Position numbers and translations under genes: made by a program
Source of the DNA: Tricharina praecox
Lineage: Eukaryota
Reading direction: 5' to 3'
Length of the DNA: 64,000 nt
Assembly: GCF_024521635.1 (NCBI RefSeq)
Contig: NW_026250429.1
Coordinates: 372,001-436,000, forward strand
Notes under the pieces: model-generated
The model's database searches: none
The model's input: the letters and a program-made list of their open reading frames with translations, nothing else
What the model was told of the DNA's origin: nothing
Shown: positions 63,323 through 64,000 of the stretch, in pieces
How the letters are laid out: each line of letters begins with the position of its first letter
How positions within the stretch are numbered: position 1 is the stretch's first letter

Positions 63323-64000
63323 ATGGGCCCCGAATTACGGAAACGCAAGGGTATGCACAACCTTCACAGCACCACGGATGAGAGGAATTGAATTGGATTG
63401 ACGGAGTATGTGCTGACAATGATAATATAGCTGCGCCAGCCTCCTCCCCCCAGGCGAAGAAGTCGAAGAAGGATACTGCCGCCGCTGCGAAGAAGGGGAA
63501 GGTCGAGAAGGTCGTCGCTCCTCCTCCCGCAAAGAAGGAGAAGGCCGTCGCTGCCGCTGCAGAGAAGGAGAAGGCTGTCACTGCTCCTGCAAACGACGTC
63601 GCTGCTGCCCCCGCAAAGAAGGAGAAGGTTGCCGCTGCCCCTGCCGCTGCAAAGAAGGAGAAGGCTGTCGCTGTTCCTGCAAAGGACGTCGCTGCTGCCC
63701 CCGCAAAGAAGGAGAAGGCCGTCGCTGCCCCTGCAAAGAAGGCCGCCCCCGCAAAGAAAGAGAAGGCCGTCGCTACTCCCGCAAAGGAAGTCGCTGCTGC
63801 TCCCGCAAAGAAGCATGATGCCGCTGCCGCACCTACAACTAAGGCCCCGGCGGTGAAGAAGGCGAGCGCAAAGAAGCCTGCGAAAAAAGAGGTGAAGAAA
63901 GCCAAGGCTGCATCACCGATACCAGAGCCAGAACCTGTTGTGGAGGAGAAAGACGCCGAGGAGGAGGAGCAGGATGACAATGAGATTTCGTTGAACGATG
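63323..64000 (+). CDS. 5' part of a Lys/Ala-rich nucleolar protein, probably NOP15/NIFK-like RRM protein (runs off the window)
   Basis: MGPELRKRK, intron 63351-63430, then an open frame of PAKKEKAVAA repeats and an acidic tract. The RRM itself is not in the window. Confidence 0.55.
63520..63815 (+). repeat. Coding tandem repeat (gcaaagaaggagaaggcYgtcgctg..; PAKKEKAVAA / PAKDVAAA units)
   Basis: About six AKKEKAVA-like units alternating with PAK(D/E)VAAA units. Confidence 0.9.

Overview
Gene-dense, intron-containing filamentous ascomycete DNA (short GT-AG introns with CTRAC branch sites; Pezizomycetes-like, which is my inference). There are about 22 protein-coding genes, mostly housekeeping: SAP30-like, kinesin-6, a ChAPs/exomer subunit, HIR3, a TcuA-like flavoprotein, a P1B copper ATPase, MED18, CIA1, DHX35, POF1-like NMNAT, steroid 5-alpha-reductase, PCT1, VTC5-like SPX protein, RPS23, GET1, glutathione reductase, Ydc2/Cce1 resolvase and a truncated NOP15-like gene. 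The most notable structure is a pair of diverged composite inverted duplications at about 3.9-7.2 kb and 21.7-24.5 kb. Their order (L,R' ... L',R) is what an inversion made by staggered breaks would leave around a 14.5-kb, four-gene block. Also present are a TA-flanked TIR element nested in one duplicate and absent from the other, a PIF/Harbinger deletion derivative with a transposase remnant upstream of DHX35, SDR and metallo-beta-lactamase pseudogenes flanking the TcuA-like gene, and a probable CUG-initiated mitochondrial presequence on glutathione reductase. No rRNA, tRNA or CRISPR array was recognised. Exon boundaries and alignments were read by eye, and family assignments come from motif recognition, not database searches.
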